Source: Clostridiales bacterium (GTDB lineage: Bacteria; Bacillota; Clostridia; Christensenellales; UBA1242). Taken from it: a stretch of 64,000 nt of DNA. This document shows, piece by piece, positions 19,501-28,753 of this stretch. The DNA lies in contig SVHX01000004.1 of NCBI GenBank assembly GCA_015055665.1, positions 28,021 through 92,020 of the forward strand. Direction: 5' to 3'. A model generated the notes under the pieces. That model was not told the origin of the DNA, made no database searches, and saw nothing but the letters and a program-made list of their open reading frames with translations. Position 1 is the stretch's first letter. Each line of letters opens with the position of its first letter. Position numbers and translations under genes: made by a program.

Positions 19501-21418
19501 AATTGACCAAATTGTAGGATTTGATACAACTGACACATCAATAACTAGACCTTCTTACTTAATTACATCTGGTAGAATCAACACCATTATTGCTAGTAGT
19601 CTAAGAGAAACCAAAGACCCTAGCGCGACTACCGGTAGCGTAACAGCCGAGATTAACGGGCTCATAGAAGATATCGCAGTCGACATCTCCAGCACAACCT
19701 TCTGGTCAGATACAGTCGGCAATAATACAGATAAGTTCTGGCAAATCGAACTAGGACACATCAATCGCCTTAACAATATTGAGTTGGACGGCGATAATGT
19801 CAAAGACCAGCTATCAACAATCGGTTCTACACTTGATAAGATTACTGGTTACGACAAACAAGATACTACTATAGCAAGACAGTCTTATCTTGTAACCGAA
19901 CCTCGTATCCGTAAGATACTGTCAACTAGCATAAATAATATTAGTTCTTCATTTAACGCTGGTTCACACACCACAATCAATACCGCAATTGTTACAGCTG
20001 TTCAAGACATATCCAATAACATATACAATACATCTATAGCAGATTCCGAACAGATTGCAATCACTTCGTTTGCAACCGAGCTAGGCTATCTTAATACTTT
20101 AAGTACACTCGAAGTTGATGACAGCCTATTTAACCAATTCCCTACTCCAATCGAGCCTGATGGGACAAATCAAGAGGCGGTGGACGCTAGAAACGCCGAA
20201 ATCACCGAGTTTGAGAATAAAATTAAATCTACTCTAGCAGATCTTGGAGGCAAACTAGATAGTATCGCCTACAATACAACAACTTCAAATGATACTACCA
20301 GTTTTGATGATACCAATAATAGCAAATGGATAACTAGACCGATCATTAGTAACATAATGCAATCAGTATTCGAATCTGCAAAAATAACCGAAGATGACTC
20401 GTCTAACCTAGATGATGCATTTAATGCAATGGTTGAGAGGATTAAAACTAGCATTAACACTATTGCAAATGATAATAGAGTAATCACATGGACTAGAGAA
20501 CTTAGCTACGTAACATATCTACTTAAACTCAATTCGGATGTTAAGATTAACCTAGATAATATCACCACTCATGTTACCGCGAATATCGATAAGATTGCCT
20601 TTAACGAAACAATGATTGTAAAAAATGAAAGCATCAAAAACGGCGGTAATTTCGCAGATATAATCTACGAAGGAAACCTTATCAAGGGAGCATATGCAAC
20701 AACCTATAAGATTAGAGAAACTTCTGGATCTGAATATCAGGAATTTTTCTACAATTCAGTTATTATTACAAGATCTGATCTAAGTGCAATGGTTAACACA
20801 CTACTAGATGATGTTAAGCCTACACCAAACAATTCATCTGACCCAACAGATACTAACCTAATTGCCAGTGAAATGGTCGACAATCTAAAGGATAATATCA
20901 ATACTAGTCAATCTTATACTGAAGCAACCGAACTTGCGACGGACAAATTCAATGATTACACTTCAGCATTTGAGGAACTAAACGAGTTAAAAGATAGTAT
21001 TGACAACATCTCTACAACCTACGAATTTGATTCTATTAATGATATTAAGGAAACGGTTGCAAAGCAAATAGATACTAATCTACAAGACTACCAAGATAAT
21101 ATCTTATGCGGACCAATAACAACAAGACGAATTGCGCTCACAATTGTTGATATTGTTCACGACACAATACTAGCACACGAGGGATTCCAACTATTAAGAG
21201 ACAACAATCAAACCCTTGCTTGCGACACATATGTAACCAACCTCATATCACACTACACTACATATATTGCATATGCAAGCAGTACTAATGAAGATGAGAA
21301 AAATTTAGCAAAGACTCTTGAAAATTATAGTTCAGATACAACGGGAGAATACAACAATCCGTTCCACACCTTATACCTTAAGATTCAGGAAGATTTAAAT
21401 ACAATCCCTAATGTCTAA
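16502..21418 (+). CDS. Giant membrane-anchored repeat protein with a CvpA-like N-terminal domain (1638 aa)
   Basis: The N-terminus (FGGVFLGLGILFGFLRGIKK plus further TM helices) resembles CvpA. A Lys/Glu-rich linker (KKEKKERQKELKEDKK) follows, then one more TM. The remaining ~1350 aa are Thr/Asn/Asp/Ile-rich with recurrent W-x2-E modules. GAGG RBS, with a terminator after the stop. Confidence 0.85.
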   Translation: MANYIILGFNIFGGVFLGLGILFGFLRGIKKTSSRLLFLMLTTVILLFVTAPITSLLLKIPVTTTIVEDGISTNTTMSIAELISYFVEQLLGNEFVTKYPDFADIIVVIPLLLINSIVYIVLFWLLKYILLPFNFLITKFLLRSHRRRPAVAFANMGNDPEYRNSDNMIDPLLEVYKNSENAPADAPTNTTKANEGSFIPTDSNLDTSSPNGQKLHSIQVTKPESKASIQKKEKKERQKELKEDKKLLKSEKPKKYRLLGALIGSFVGILIIINTLIPVYGVMNILRTHNKTTLNHLTGESISLDIMTDGLTGEIVKGYELSAIGRISDFLGLSDLGVKGFDLLTTDTVGEHRIVLREDINSTITAVLDIDNLIGMYKTATKDGLENISQDDLTALINGTDKIITSCKQTEFISAISDYILPITYEILRENDIQLSESPVVNDLILLTIKKVAEDHSVEIFEELRSFVDLTRYLNDQKILIHIVRNDYDNFLTTIHNLDENFSDTLTNKIFAVKSIDTTLPNILDIGLTVFDNATNFGYVANTATEAEIKSSFTRLLNNVVSTAITVSEESPIYLTDESLPALGKTMDTLKSSKLLHTETYENLQDYLIGRIKESTTTIVPDRFKDTFNNQLLRNICHIESWENEMKVILDTLNILRNKDHGILGNIQEGSELRVGYDAHFTLSEPVLINIGKALDTLEQSTLLGTAYINTPTSTTNTTLTKMFALALEELYEQSSIDADADTKDILSIANTMSANLMSHGHTTTEKNFWTNEMKAISPLIMEINTIASSKDISIRNSLGVALDDCAQNSVLLGGNSTLKLMSKLMGVIEESILGDNFEPAGDDSINDNIYHIINGMKTNLDNFSTTIPEDFWQNEITCIRSLTNIADEAANISTISAAKDIASDLDTVYSSRIIPIQQFNNTIANVLRQLKTSDTTGVTGQINNLIEDIATDISDTTFWDNTVTDRTDFWQIELDHISRLDSMKLDGNITDTLDTIGRPIDQIVGFDTTDTSITRPSYLITSGRINTIIASSLRETKDPSATTGSVTAEINGLIEDIAVDISSTTFWSDTVGNNTDKFWQIELGHINRLNNIELDGDNVKDQLSTIGSTLDKITGYDKQDTTIARQSYLVTEPRIRKILSTSINNISSSFNAGSHTTINTAIVTAVQDISNNIYNTSIADSEQIAITSFATELGYLNTLSTLEVDDSLFNQFPTPIEPDGTNQEAVDARNAEITEFENKIKSTLADLGGKLDSIAYNTTTSNDTTSFDDTNNSKWITRPIISNIMQSVFESAKITEDDSSNLDDAFNAMVERIKTSINTIANDNRVITWTRELSYVTYLLKLNSDVKINLDNITTHVTANIDKIAFNETMIVKNESIKNGGNFADIIYEGNLIKGAYATTYKIRETSGSEYQEFFYNSVIITRSDLSAMVNTLLDDVKPTPNNSSDPTDTNLIASEMVDNLKDNINTSQSYTEATELATDKFNDYTSAFEELNELKDSIDNISTTYEFDSINDIKETVAKQIDTNLQDYQDNILCGPITTRRIALTIVDIVHDTILAHEGFQLLRDNNQTLACDTYVTNLISHYTTYIAYASSTNEDEKNLAKTLENYSSDTTGEYNNPFHTLYLKIQEDLNTIPNV
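19298..19933 (+). repeat. In-frame tandem duplication (2 x 106 codons) inside the giant gene
   Basis: The two copies are TGQINNLIEDIATDISDTTFWDNTVTDRTDFWQIELDHISRLD... and TAEINGLIEDIAVDISSTTFWSDTVGNNTDKFWQIELGHINRLN.... The period is 318 nt (19298 and 19616). Confidence 0.7.
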
Positions 21419-21442
21419 AAAGCAAAAATAACAGCCACAAAA

Positions 21443-21475
21443 AAGAAGAGGAAAATAAACCTCTTCTTTTTCCTT
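21443..21475 (+). terminator. Rho-independent terminator of the giant gene
   Basis: AAGAAGAGG-aaaataaa-CCTCTTCTT followed by TTT. Confidence 0.7.
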
Positions 21476-21598
21476 TTAATAATATAGTATTTAGTAGTTT
21501 TTATCATTTTGAAACCTAAATAGACAATGACCAATTATTGACTTTTTCAATAAAATATAGTATAATAAATACATAACTATATATGGGGAGGATCGCCC

Positions 21599-22282
21599 AT
21601 GGGAATAAAAGAATATATCCAAAACAAACAAAATAATAGCAATAATAAACAATATTTATGCAAAGATATCCAAGTTGCTTATGATAGCGACGGAGTAATT
21701 GGTGCTTTTGTCATGAATACAGAACAAGATAAAATTAAAGATCTTTCCACAGGAAAAGAGATAAATGTTTATTCTTGGTTACAAATACAAGATTTATTAC
21801 AATATTACACCAAGGAAGAACGAGATCAATTTGCCCAATCGATTAATGTTGATGATTATTTTGAAATACCAGATAAGGCTAATAAACTTATTGCATTAGC
21901 GTTGTTGTATAGATTAGGGATTTCAAACGACACTCATGATGTTAGTAATCTCGACATTACTAAATTCCCAGAAATTCACGAAATTGATGACGTTGATTGT
22001 GACTACTTACAATGGCTAACATACAAACACACATTTGGTATTGGGGTGCCTGGCAAAGCTTTTCATGACACTAGAAAAGAAATCGCGAAAAGTTATGTTG
22101 ATAAAGTATATCACAGCAAAGATCTTGCAATATCTCTCTTGGGAGACACAATCGTCACTTATCAAGACCTAATCCCATTACTAAATAGAATTAGCAACAA
22201 CATGAGAAAAAAAAGAGTTTATGAAAGCAAACGCGACAAAGAGAAAGCTGCAGAAGTCGCTCGTGATAACTTAAACTTTTAA
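21599..22282 (+). CDS. Hypothetical protein (227 aa)
   Basis: GGGGAGGA RBS. No known motif. The N-terminal AYDSDGVIGAF weakly resembles the CYDCNGK(I/V)xA(Y/F) motif of the 51.3-52.5 kb paralogues. Confidence 0.6.
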   Translation: MGIKEYIQNKQNNSNNKQYLCKDIQVAYDSDGVIGAFVMNTEQDKIKDLSTGKEINVYSWLQIQDLLQYYTKEERDQFAQSINVDDYFEIPDKANKLIALALLYRLGISNDTHDVSNLDITKFPEIHEIDDVDCDYLQWLTYKHTFGIGVPGKAFHDTRKEIAKSYVDKVYHSKDLAISLLGDTIVTYQDLIPLLNRISNNMRKKRVYESKRDKEKAAEVARDNLNF

Positions 22283-22429
22283 ACCAATATTCAGCAAATT
22301 CTTCAGATGAAAATTGGATTTATTATTACAAACCAAAAGGTTAATGCACTACCATGCTTTAGCCTTTTTTATCTTTTCCTCACAACAAAAAAAAGACCAC
22401 TAGCATTACTTAGTAGTCTTATTAGTAAA

Positions 22430-22870
22430 TTATTTGTGTATTTCAAGAACTTCATTATAGAACATACTTCTATAAGTGTCTTCTCCCAAGTGTGAGCTGT
22501 CTACCACCCTAGGAGCTCTCTCCAATACAACTTTCTCATTAGGCGTATTGCCCTTGTACCAATGAGCAAATAGGTATGCAGTATCAACTATATTCAAACA
22601 TTTAGCTATAATCTCCGAGAGTTTCTCGCTTTCGATATTCTCCATCATCTCATCTACGACAACCTTCTTAGTAATCACACTCCCGCAATCACAAATATTG
22701 CCACAATGGAAAGTTCTCAAATCCCTGCGGATATTCCTAAGCTTTGGGTTAGTATACTCGTAGAAATTAGTAAATCCAGCTTCATGAAAAACTTTCGTTA
22801 TCTCTATTATCTTCTCGCCATCCAGCTCGCTTGCCTTAAACATGAAGGTATTAATCTGACACACAGACAA
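22430..22870 (-). CDS. Hypothetical Cys-containing protein (146 aa)
   Basis: TTG start with AAGGAGAG RBS. FHCGNICDCGSVIT cluster. A terminator (AAGACTACTAA...TTAGTGGTCTT plus T-run) lies downstream on the minus strand. Confidence 0.55.
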   Translation of the reverse strand: MSVCQINTFMFKASELDGEKIIEITKVFHEAGFTNFYEYTNPKLRNIRRDLRTFHCGNICDCGSVITKKVVVDEMMENIESEKLSEIIAKCLNIVDTAYLFAHWYKGNTPNEKVVLERAPRVVDSSHLGEDTYRSMFYNEVLEIHK

Positions 22871-22985
22871 TTCTCTCCTTACAACAATCTTTAATCAATT
22901 TAATTATTGCTTTTTGACATTTTGCATATATACATCTGTCATTAATATGTAATATTATATTTATACACCATAATCAATATACTTG

Positions 22986-24578
22986 TCAAGCATTTTGCTT
23001 AATAATCGCCACGGCACACTTAATACCATCAACCGCACTCGAAACAATTCCGCCCGCCATACCAGCACCTTCGCCAATAGCGTATACACCTTGAATACTA
23101 GTTTGCATATTATCATCACGAACAATCTGGTACGGTGCACTACTACGAGTCTCAACTCCAGTAAGTATTGCATCATTATCTGCAAAGCACTTAATCTTGT
23201 TGCCAAGCCTTGGAAGAGCATCCTTGATACTACTAACCACATACGGAGGCAACATATCCTCAACACTACCAAGCACATATCCAGGCTTGTATGTAGGAAT
23301 AACCTTGCCCAAAGCAGTCGTGGGTACTCCTCTCAAGAAATCCCCCACACGCTGAACTATCGCCTTGTAACTGCCTGTCTTGGAGTAAGCAAACTGCTCC
23401 CATTGCTCTTGCAATTCTATACCCGCTAGCGGATGATTGCTCGGAAAGTCCTCCACTCCAACAGACACAAGCAACGCCGAATTGGCGTTCTTGCCATCTC
23501 TAGCATTATAACTCATGCCATTGGTAACAACACACCCATTTACACTTGTTGCAGGCACAACAACACCCCCTGGACACATACAGAAGGTGTACACAACTCT
23601 TTCTCCAACATGCTCGACAAGCTTGTACTCTGCTGGCGGAAGACCTACAACATCACCATCAGACCTAGCACAATTATCGCGACCATATTGAGATATATTA
23701 ATGTCTTGCTGGAGATGCTCAATTCGATATCCTAGCGAGAAAGGCTTTTGCTTAAATGCGATATTCTTATTATACAACATACGAATTGTATCTCTGCTAG
23801 AGTGACCGATTGCAAGCACAACCTTATCACACTCTATATTATGTAGTTGAGAATTCTTCTCAACTGCAACCGATACCAACTTGTCACCCTCAACTTTTAC
23901 ATCAACTAGCTTGGTTTCAAACATAACATCTACACCAATCGACTTTAGATACTCTCTTATATTAACAATAACACTAGATAAGACGTCAGTACCCACATGT
24001 GGCTTTGCTTCGTACAATATATTTTCATCAGCACCGTACTTATGAAAAGTTTCCAGCACATATCTAACATACTCACTAGCAATACCAGTATTAAGTTTCC
24101 CATCAGAGAACGTTCCTGCTCCACCTTCGCCAAATTGTATATTGCTTACTTCATCTAATACTCCGTCCAGCATCATACTATCTACAGCCACTTTTCGCTT
24201 AGACATCTCGTACCCACGCTCTATTAGCATTACACAAGCACCAGCTTCTGCAAGGACCAATGACGCAAACAACCCAGCGGGGCCAGATCCCACTACTACA
24301 ATCTTATCTTTTTTACCATTATACTTAGGTAAGGATACTTGCTTCTCTTCATATTTCTCCACACCTCTTAGCTTATGGTGATCGAAATATCCATCAATGT
24401 CAAATGCAACATTAGATATATACCTAATATCACTCTTAACCCTTGCATCAATAGACAACTTAAGCAATTTAACAGCCTTCAACATACTTTCATCTGCTTT
24501 GATTTTGCGTGCAACATATTTATTTAATTCGCTTTTCTTAAACCCAACCGGGAGTACTAATTGATTAATTCTATACAT
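22986..24578 (-). CDS. FAD-dependent oxidoreductase (COG2509-like)
   Basis: VVVGSGPAGLFASLVLAEAG dinucleotide-binding motif. 530 aa. Its RBS (GGGGGT) lies in the last codons of the upstream U32 gene, with a 3-nt gap. Confidence 0.8.
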   Translation of the reverse strand: MYRINQLVLPVGFKKSELNKYVARKIKADESMLKAVKLLKLSIDARVKSDIRYISNVAFDIDGYFDHHKLRGVEKYEEKQVSLPKYNGKKDKIVVVGSGPAGLFASLVLAEAGACVMLIERGYEMSKRKVAVDSMMLDGVLDEVSNIQFGEGGAGTFSDGKLNTGIASEYVRYVLETFHKYGADENILYEAKPHVGTDVLSSVIVNIREYLKSIGVDVMFETKLVDVKVEGDKLVSVAVEKNSQLHNIECDKVVLAIGHSSRDTIRMLYNKNIAFKQKPFSLGYRIEHLQQDINISQYGRDNCARSDGDVVGLPPAEYKLVEHVGERVVYTFCMCPGGVVVPATSVNGCVVTNGMSYNARDGKNANSALLVSVGVEDFPSNHPLAGIELQEQWEQFAYSKTGSYKAIVQRVGDFLRGVPTTALGKVIPTYKPGYVLGSVEDMLPPYVVSSIKDALPRLGNKIKCFADNDAILTGVETRSSAPYQIVRDDNMQTSIQGVYAIGEGAGMAGGIVSSAVDGIKCAVAIIKQNA

Positions 24579-24581
24579 ATT

Positions 24582-26765
24582 TTACCCCCTAAGATCATCT
24601 ATTGAGTTACCACAAACAGTTTTATTATTATAACTATCAACTAATTCAAAATAACATGCCCCAACTACATATCTTCGTATAGTATATTCGCACTTGTTGC
24701 CAACCAAAGACATTTTACTTGCACCACCACATTTACCAGCTCCCGAGCAACTGCGGTTACCATTAAGCGTCATATTAGGACAATGAGCCATTGTCATCAG
24801 TACACGCTTACCACCACCCATTTTATAGCATCCAGTTAATCTAGTATTAATAAACGCCTCAATAGTTGCAACAACCTCATTAACACCCATGGACGATAAA
24901 CACGTTACGGCATATTTGTTACAAATATTCATATCACCACCAGCCATCACCCTTAGTCCATCATTTATGTAATCAAGTGCATAAATGTTGCTAGCCATAA
25001 TCACCAAATCGTTGTCAGACACCCATCTAGCCACGACATCAATTACTTCCATATCTTGAGCAAGTGCTATTATCGGAAATTTGATAATTAACGGATTACC
25101 AAAGCACTTGTTATATTTATCTAAGAACCTATCTAGCACCGCTATATCATAACAAGTCGGAGCCAAGATAAGAGCCTCGTACTTGCCCACCAAGTGCTCA
25201 ATATTTGCCGACTCATCCACAATGGCTAGACTATCGTATGCACAACTTACTACCTTAACTTCCGGCATCTGTCCTATGCCACACTTAGGCTTAGACCTTA
25301 ATAAGATTTGCTCTTTAAGCTTCTCCATACCCTCTCGCCTAATTGCATTAATCTGAGATACCGCCAAGAAAACATTATCATCTATATCAACTTTAATATC
25401 TCCAACCCTGAAAGCCTCATCATTAATCTTAGATAGCTGAGTCTTAATACTATCAACATTAATAGGCATAGACCTAGCCGGACGCACAACCTCTCCCACT
25501 ACACAAAGAGAGACACCCTCACACTCAACCCTTAAATCCGCAGGCTCTCCTAGCCGAGCCTCGAAAGTCATATTAACAACCTTATATCTATCTAATGCCT
25601 TAACCTCGCTTTCAAAGGCGAAATCCAACACTCTATATACTTTTGAGTCATTTGGTATGTAGTTTTTGCCATATACACTTATATATTTGCCAACACTATC
25701 AACATTACCAACGCCAAGAGTATATTCATTATCACCACAAACGAACCTCAACCCATCACCACAAGAAAGAGATTCTACCGTATCTATAACAATGCGGTAA
25801 ATATCTTTAAACTTCTCCGATCGTACAACTTTGCCAATTTCAGTTCCTGTGTGATTATTATGTTTATAATCAATAACAGCCTTGCCAGCATTATACCCTT
25901 CGACAAACTCCCCTCTTGCAAATACCCTTGCAAGATTAAATTTTGCAGAATCAACATCAAATTCTTCTCCGGCAAGAACACAATCAACTGCCTTGCGATA
26001 TTCGCTTGTTGCAACCGCAACATATCCAGCCCTTCGCAAACGCCCCTCGATCTTAAGAGATACAACACCAGCATCAATCAATTCTTTTAGCTTACCTATC
26101 ATACAATTATCTCTAGGAGAGAGTGTGTAACCATCTATGCTATTATTCTTTGCGAACAAAGTATATGGCAACCTACATAATTGCTTACACAACCCTCTAT
26201 TCCCGCTGGCACCAAACTTAAGACTACTCATATAACAGTTTCCCGAGAAAGCAACACACATAGCACCTTGAACAAAGACTTCAAGCTCTATATCAACCGA
26301 CCGAGCAATTTGCTTGATATCCTCGATTGTCGCCTCTCTAGATAGAACCACTCTGCTTAACCCCAACGACTTGGCAACCCTAGCACCTCTTACATTATGC
26401 ACTCCCAACTGCGTACTACCATGCAACACAATGCCAGGATAAACATTACGCAACGCATATATTACACCAAGATCTTGTACAATATAGCCATCAACCCCTG
26501 CCTCTACAGCATCTCCCACCATAGCGATTAAATCTGCAATTTCCGCATCAGAAACAAGAGTGTTAATCGTTACATATACCTTAACACCCCTAAGATGAGC
26601 ATAATCCACAATATCTTTTAGTGCGGAGCATTCAACATTTTCTGCCTTCATCCTAGCATTAAATTTCCCCATGCCAAGATATACTGCATCCGCCCCCGCA
26701 GAAATTGCCGTCTTAAAACTATTAATATCGCCAGCAGGCGACAATACTTCTATAAATTTTTCCAT
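24582..26765 (-). CDS. Long U32-family protein (peptidase U32 / Fe-S hydroxylase-like), 727 aa
   Basis: N-terminus EVLSPAGD...AGADAVYLG...FNAR. C170-x6-C177-x15-C193-x3-C197 (GAMCVAFSGNCYMSSLKFGASGNRGLCKQLC). Cys-rich C-terminus (CPNMTLNGNRSCSGAGKCGG). Confidence 0.85.
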   Translation of the reverse strand: MEKFIEVLSPAGDINSFKTAISAGADAVYLGMGKFNARMKAENVECSALKDIVDYAHLRGVKVYVTINTLVSDAEIADLIAMVGDAVEAGVDGYIVQDLGVIYALRNVYPGIVLHGSTQLGVHNVRGARVAKSLGLSRVVLSREATIEDIKQIARSVDIELEVFVQGAMCVAFSGNCYMSSLKFGASGNRGLCKQLCRLPYTLFAKNNSIDGYTLSPRDNCMIGKLKELIDAGVVSLKIEGRLRRAGYVAVATSEYRKAVDCVLAGEEFDVDSAKFNLARVFARGEFVEGYNAGKAVIDYKHNNHTGTEIGKVVRSEKFKDIYRIVIDTVESLSCGDGLRFVCGDNEYTLGVGNVDSVGKYISVYGKNYIPNDSKVYRVLDFAFESEVKALDRYKVVNMTFEARLGEPADLRVECEGVSLCVVGEVVRPARSMPINVDSIKTQLSKINDEAFRVGDIKVDIDDNVFLAVSQINAIRREGMEKLKEQILLRSKPKCGIGQMPEVKVVSCAYDSLAIVDESANIEHLVGKYEALILAPTCYDIAVLDRFLDKYNKCFGNPLIIKFPIIALAQDMEVIDVVARWVSDNDLVIMASNIYALDYINDGLRVMAGGDMNICNKYAVTCLSSMGVNEVVATIEAFINTRLTGCYKMGGGKRVLMTMAHCPNMTLNGNRSCSGAGKCGGASKMSLVGNKCEYTIRRYVVGACYFELVDSYNNKTVCGNSIDDLRG

Positions 26766-26815
26766 ACCCTTATTCTAGCAAAAATAACGCAAAATTTCAA
26801 TACTTTGTTATACAA

Positions 26816-26883
26816 AGAACAAAAAAGCTAGAACATTTGACATCCTAGCTTCAAAAATACTTGGTGATATTCAACATATCACC
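26816..26883 (-). terminator. Two tandem hairpin terminators downstream of glmS
   Basis: On the minus strand: GGTGATAT-gttga-ATATCACC followed by a T-rich tail, then AAGCTAG...CTAGCTT followed by TTTTTT. Confidence 0.6.
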
Positions 26884-26917
26884 AGTTAATATAGTTATAT
26901 TTTTAGAACAATACGCA

Positions 26918-28753
26918 TTACTCAACTGTTACAGATTTAGCCAAATTCCTTGGCTTATCAGGATTATACCCTTTCATTACCGACACAGTATAGGCAATTA
27001 GGTCAATCGGAATTATTGACACGATCGGCATTAATAGGCTATTGAGATTAGGCAGAGGGATATACTCGCCTCTTTTAACACATCTCTTACCATCATTACA
27101 CCATATAACTTCATTAAATTCTTCTTCTGGAAATTGCGAGATAATTATACACTTGCCACCCCTTGCACATATTTCATGTATTGCATTTTTGCTCTTGTCT
27201 AGCAAAATACCTCCTTGAGTTGCAATAGCAATTACAATGCTGCCTTCTTCAATCAGGCTAAGCGTTCCGTGCTTAAGCTCTCCACTTGGATAGGCATCTG
27301 TAAATATATAACTAACTTCCTTTATCTTAAGTGCCCCCTCCAATGCAGTAATGTAATCAACAGCTTTACCAATCAGATGCAGTTTGTCTTTCTTAACTAT
27401 TTCTTCACTAACACCCCTTACTTTGCTTAAGTAGCTTTTAATATCAAGATTAAATAAGTCGTTATACTCATTAGCTCGAATCTCTAAACAATTTCCACAA
27501 TTGCAACCTAAGACATCTTCTTTGCAAGTCCCTTCACACTTCAAATTCCGTGCAATAACATCCGATAATAGCATAAGCATCAATACCTGTGATGTATAAG
27601 CCTTGGTACTAGCAACACACACCTCTACTCCAACATCAATATACAATACGCTATCACAAATACGCGTAATCGAAGATTCTCTAACATTAGTTATCGCAAT
27701 GCAATATATCCCCAATTCTTTTGCCTTGTGTATCGCAGACAATGTATCAGCAGTTTCACCACTTTGGCTCACAAATATACCTACAGTACCTTCTCTTACA
27801 ATGTAATTGGAATAAATGAATTCACTAGCAATCACACACTCGGATTTTATTCCAGCAACCCTTTCTATATAACTCTTACCCATTAGGCAACTATGATAAG
27901 ATGTTCCACATCCCACCAACAACACATTACTTATATTGTCCGGTAAGACAACTTCAGATTTAAGAAAACTATTATAAGTAGATTGTAGAGCTCGCGGAAT
28001 TTCGTTAATTTCCTTAATCATAAAGTGCTCATTACCACCCTTATCCGCCTCAATACTTCGCTCATCCATAGCAATCCAATTAATATTTATTTTGTTAGTG
28101 TTTTTGTCATAAATATGTAAATTATTGTCAATATATCCAAGCGTATTGTCTTCTATAACGCATTTTTCACTGCAATCAATCAATCCATTTACATCACTCG
28201 ATACAACAAACCCATTACCCTTACCAATCACAAGGGGGCTTGACTTGCGAGCAAAATAAACCTTGTCATCATACTCACACATCATTACAATCGCATAGCT
28301 ACCATTTAGTTTATCTATTGCAGACCTAAAGGCTTGCCACACATCACCAGTATAATATTGCTCGATTAATTTAGGTATTACCTCAGTATCTGTTTCACCG
28401 TAAAAAACCACACCCGCCAAAACATCCGAACGCAACAATTTATGATTTTCAATTATACCATTGTGCACTACCCAGATTTTTTTGTCTTCACTGCAATGAG
28501 GATGACAGTTCTCAATTGTTACACCACCATGAGTCGCCCATCTGGTATGCCCAATAGCAATACCACCCGAGCAATCAAGAACACCTGTTTTCTCTAGCTC
28601 CGAGATGTATCCAATCGACTTAAAGGCTTTAATCCCATTGCAATCTTTTATCGCTATACCGGCACTATCGTATCCTCTATACTCAAGATTCTTTAACCCT
28701 TCATAAACACCATTAACCGCACCAACACCTTTTACAGCCATTATTCCACACAT
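26918..28753 (-). CDS. glmS: Glutamine--fructose-6-phosphate aminotransferase
   Basis: Starts MCGIMAV (N-terminal nucleophile Cys) at ATG 28753 with GGAGG RBS; I rejected the upstream TTG of the track. Two SIS domains. C-terminal AKSVTVE. Confidence 0.95.
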   Translation of the reverse strand: MCGIMAVKGVGAVNGVYEGLKNLEYRGYDSAGIAIKDCNGIKAFKSIGYISELEKTGVLDCSGGIAIGHTRWATHGGVTIENCHPHCSEDKKIWVVHNGIIENHKLLRSDVLAGVVFYGETDTEVIPKLIEQYYTGDVWQAFRSAIDKLNGSYAIVMMCEYDDKVYFARKSSPLVIGKGNGFVVSSDVNGLIDCSEKCVIEDNTLGYIDNNLHIYDKNTNKININWIAMDERSIEADKGGNEHFMIKEINEIPRALQSTYNSFLKSEVVLPDNISNVLLVGCGTSYHSCLMGKSYIERVAGIKSECVIASEFIYSNYIVREGTVGIFVSQSGETADTLSAIHKAKELGIYCIAITNVRESSITRICDSVLYIDVGVEVCVASTKAYTSQVLMLMLLSDVIARNLKCEGTCKEDVLGCNCGNCLEIRANEYNDLFNLDIKSYLSKVRGVSEEIVKKDKLHLIGKAVDYITALEGALKIKEVSYIFTDAYPSGELKHGTLSLIEEGSIVIAIATQGGILLDKSKNAIHEICARGGKCIIISQFPEEEFNEVIWCNDGKRCVKRGEYIPLPNLNSLLMPIVSIIPIDLIAYTVSVMKGYNPDKPRNLAKSVTVE

